From: Chloroflexota bacterium
Lineage (GTDB): Bacteria; Chloroflexota; UBA11872; VXOZ01
Length of the DNA stretch: 64,000 nt
Assembly: GCA_963662335.2 (NCBI GenBank)
Contig: CAXXVD010000005.1
Location: forward strand, 288,001-352,000
Direction: 5' to 3'
Below the pieces are notes generated by a model. That model saw only the letters and a list, made by a program, of their open reading frames with translations, made no database searches and had not been told where the DNA came from. Positions 62,801 to 64,000 of this stretch are shown here, in pieces. How positions within the stretch are numbered: position 1 is the first letter of the stretch; every line of letters starts with the position of its first letter. The position numbers were made by a program, and so were the translations under genes.

Positions 62801-63323
62801 GCAGCAAGGAGATGCTGCCCAGTTCCTTGGGAATGGTACCGGTCAGCGCGTTGCCGTAGAGGCCCAGCGTGTCCAAAGCGGAGAGGCTGCCCAGCCCGGC
62901 GGGTATGCTGCCGTCCAGGCTGGCGAAGACGAGAACGACCCGGGTGACCCGGTACTCGTTGTCGTTGTCGTAGCTCTGGGCGACGGTGACGCCGGTCCAA
63001 CTGGCCATGGCCAAGTCGGCGCTCCAGTCGAGCGTCGCCGTGCCCCGCAGCGTGTCCTTCGCCCCCAGCAACGCCGTGCAGTCCGCAACGAGATTGGCAA
63101 TGTCGCCCGTGTACGCCGCTACGGCCGTGCTCGACTCGGTGCACGTCGACGAGCCGTGCGCCGGCGGCGACACTCTATCGAGCGCAATGCTGACCACGGC
63201 CAGGGCCAACAAGACCGCCGCGATACGGGCAAGCCGGGCCCCGCCGGCGCCAAAGAGCCGCCAGAGCCGGACCTGTTTGCCGTGCTGCCCTACGATGCGC
63301 TCCATAGTGGCGTGTCCTCCCAT
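59895..63323 (-). CDS. Secreted LRR surface protein with Pro-rich linker, two Ig-like repeats and C-terminal Chloroflexota-type repeat domain
   Basis: Signal/TM segment; ~9 24-aa LxLxxNxLxGxIPxxLGxL repeats; PTATPTPKP; YTIELRNTG / YTVRVTNAG; two FLKYFDANGG.RFGYPLT.E...VQYFE.ARLE units. Confidence 0.85.
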   Translation of the reverse strand: MGGHATMERIVGQHGKQVRLWRLFGAGGARLARIAAVLLALAVVSIALDRVSPPAHGSSTCTESSTAVAAYTGDIANLVADCTALLGAKDTLRGTATLDWSADLAMASWTGVTVAQSYDNDNEYRVTRVVLVFASLDGSIPAGLGSLSALDTLGLYGNALTGTIPKELGSISLLQQLDLRNNKLTGSIPKELGSLANLWNLNLSDNKLSGSIPVELGSLSNLSRLQLQQNQLSGSIPTQLGSLSKLVYLVLYDNQLTGSIPTQLGNLSKLKYLLLNDNQLSGGIPSELGSASKLVRLYVDTNALTGSVPAALASLSQLQILELCCNKLGGAIPAGFASISSLTKMTVYGNAFTADDVPKSLKGVAVEEGTCTNVTPPPRSLPVQAPIQDPPKPTATPTPKPIPTPTPQYSPGDPLQPTPTLTVAEGRLGDNGSDGGTTPGGGTVPGGAPAPGGARWPPGALAPQLTVLVTGPDVPVREGVVVLYTIELRNTGPVRLTHVVWWSATLGEGVQGAGDGILEIGESVFIDVLIEFAKGRTPAGGLTAVAAGDDLQLPLPALLPWAFAVSGASLETGAVGIAHVSAAAPGVYGPEGADECRAYPYPTVEKTKTIAGTAPGKMTDLRVAMAGQATPSGTGHELAYTVRVTNAGAKTLTGVMWQSDSLGVGWRKLGAGELAAGESVYLSLRHGPFEGRFTTARYRYRTTADGKQVWIEAENVPWPDVLPFNIVVGSNQTGPVLARHVAALAPPLALPPPDETDSDGRAVRVWPVVVKKAQRVTGERFFAFVFNDWFDKWRELYRTTAWLLYEPGFLTTQVEGPGAVADGSVGTMTVCLVVAVPKTGEGDVETELEPQARVAGVNVKLRDVHEGGVRLVLGSTVTVVRLEQEGAAVARTDESMALRARLIATPMPRGVAWTEATWARWDERGQRWQPVETREEEEHRVGYTDRPGRYAVIADVPAHSRDVGAGARYFYATGKTVVLGFLKYFDANGGLARFGYPLTDEYERGGVTVQYFERARLEYHPPPAGTPGEGEVRLGDIGAEYLALLGAELTRAAPPVGPDPPSPRYYAETGHWVAWGFLKYFDANGGVERFGYPLTEEVHDVHVGRTVQYFEKARLEWNAAAGRTEESGELTRALLRAGDPLR

Positions 63324-63346
63324 GAAGGACGTTGCCTAGCACCGCT

Positions 63347-63376
63347 ATTCCTGCACGTGTCAGGTAACTCGTTGAC
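63347..63376. repeat. Isolated copy of the 15127 MITE-like terminal repeat
   Basis: ATTCCTGCACGTGTCAGGTAACTCGTTGAC, 26/30 identical to 15130-15159. Confidence 0.65.
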
Positions 63377-63906
63377 CGAAACTTGAGCGCAAGCAATACG
63401 TTCAAGGACCTGGCGGAGTTCCAGGATGTGTTGCCCCAGCGCCTCCTCTGCGAGAACACCGCCAGACCAAACCCGGGCCTGAAGGGGCATCCGCCGCTTC
63501 AGTTCTCACAACGTCTGTTATATCGCTAATTGTAGTGACACTATCTGCAAAAGTCGTCAAGCAAGATTTAATGTACCGTTAACGATAATACTATGTCAAC
63601 CATTGCTCCGATTCTCTTTAACTTTTGACTCAACCGAAGTACGGGATGGCGCCGTGGCCGCCACTGGCAATGCGTCCCGCCCTCTCCACCAAAGCAAGCG
63701 TGCGCGCCAGTCATCCACTCCCGCCGGGCGGCGGGGCAAATCTTGACGACTGGCGCGCAACTTCATAGAATTAAGGAAGAGGAGCCGTGTTTGTGGGCTC
63801 TTTGGCAATCTTGAGAGTTACCGACGCTCAGGGATGAGCGCTAGGCTCATACGGATGCGCCTGCGGTAAAGACCGGCGGCACTGTGGAAGGAATGGAAAC
63901 AGCCCG

Positions 63907-64000
63907 ATGACGTACGTGATTGCGGAACCCTGCATCGATATCAAAGACAACTCGTGCGTGGATGTCTGTCCGGTGGACTGCATCCACTCAGACGACGACG
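63907..64000 (+). CDS. Ferredoxin (7Fe/8Fe type), truncated by the window end
   Basis: MTYVIAEPCIDIKDNSCVDVCPVDCIHSDDD. Confidence 0.9.
   Translation, partial: MTYVIAEPCIDIKDNSCVDVCPVDCIHSDDD

Noticed and set aside
63377-63490. Possible transposase C-terminal remnant next to the isolated terminal repeat (minus-strand ...SWNSARSLNVLLALKF)
   Set aside because: Too short and no catalytic motif; cannot be supported without a search.

Overview
High-GC bacterial chromosome segment, most likely Chloroflexota. The lineage call rests on the C-terminal YFxxTG...FGYPLTxE...VQYFERARLE repeat domain, the NurA/HAS-barrel/HerA module, PaREP1 genes and a eukaryote-like LRR protein; a sponge- or host-associated lifestyle is inference only. 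Mostly housekeeping content: an nnr-acpS-fecR-acyP-split metE operon; a HicB + HEPN/MNT toxin-antitoxin patch; an archaeal-style mre11-rad50-nurA-(HAS barrel)-herA DNA-end-resection cluster; a TCA cluster (sucCD, korAB, type-E sdhAB plus CCG anchor, mdh); tRNA-Val/tRNA-Phe; a stand-alone gltB; tandem PaREP1 genes; pheA; rpe; and a large LRR surface protein. Most notable hidden features: (1) a selenoprotein the ORF track splits in two (TlpA/Prx-like UxC + TPR, in-frame TGA with an fdhF-like SECIS hairpin); (2) at least four families of REP-like palindromes, two of which also sit in-frame inside the mre11 and HAS-barrel coding sequences; (3) nested MITE-like elements that insert into one REP family with an ~11-bp target duplication and carry another REP family inside; (4) a structured gltB leader containing a small Glu-Glu uORF; (5) AcpS fused to a degenerate P-loop-like domain. 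No CRISPR array, rRNA or intact transposase is visible. All calls were made by eye, with no database searches.
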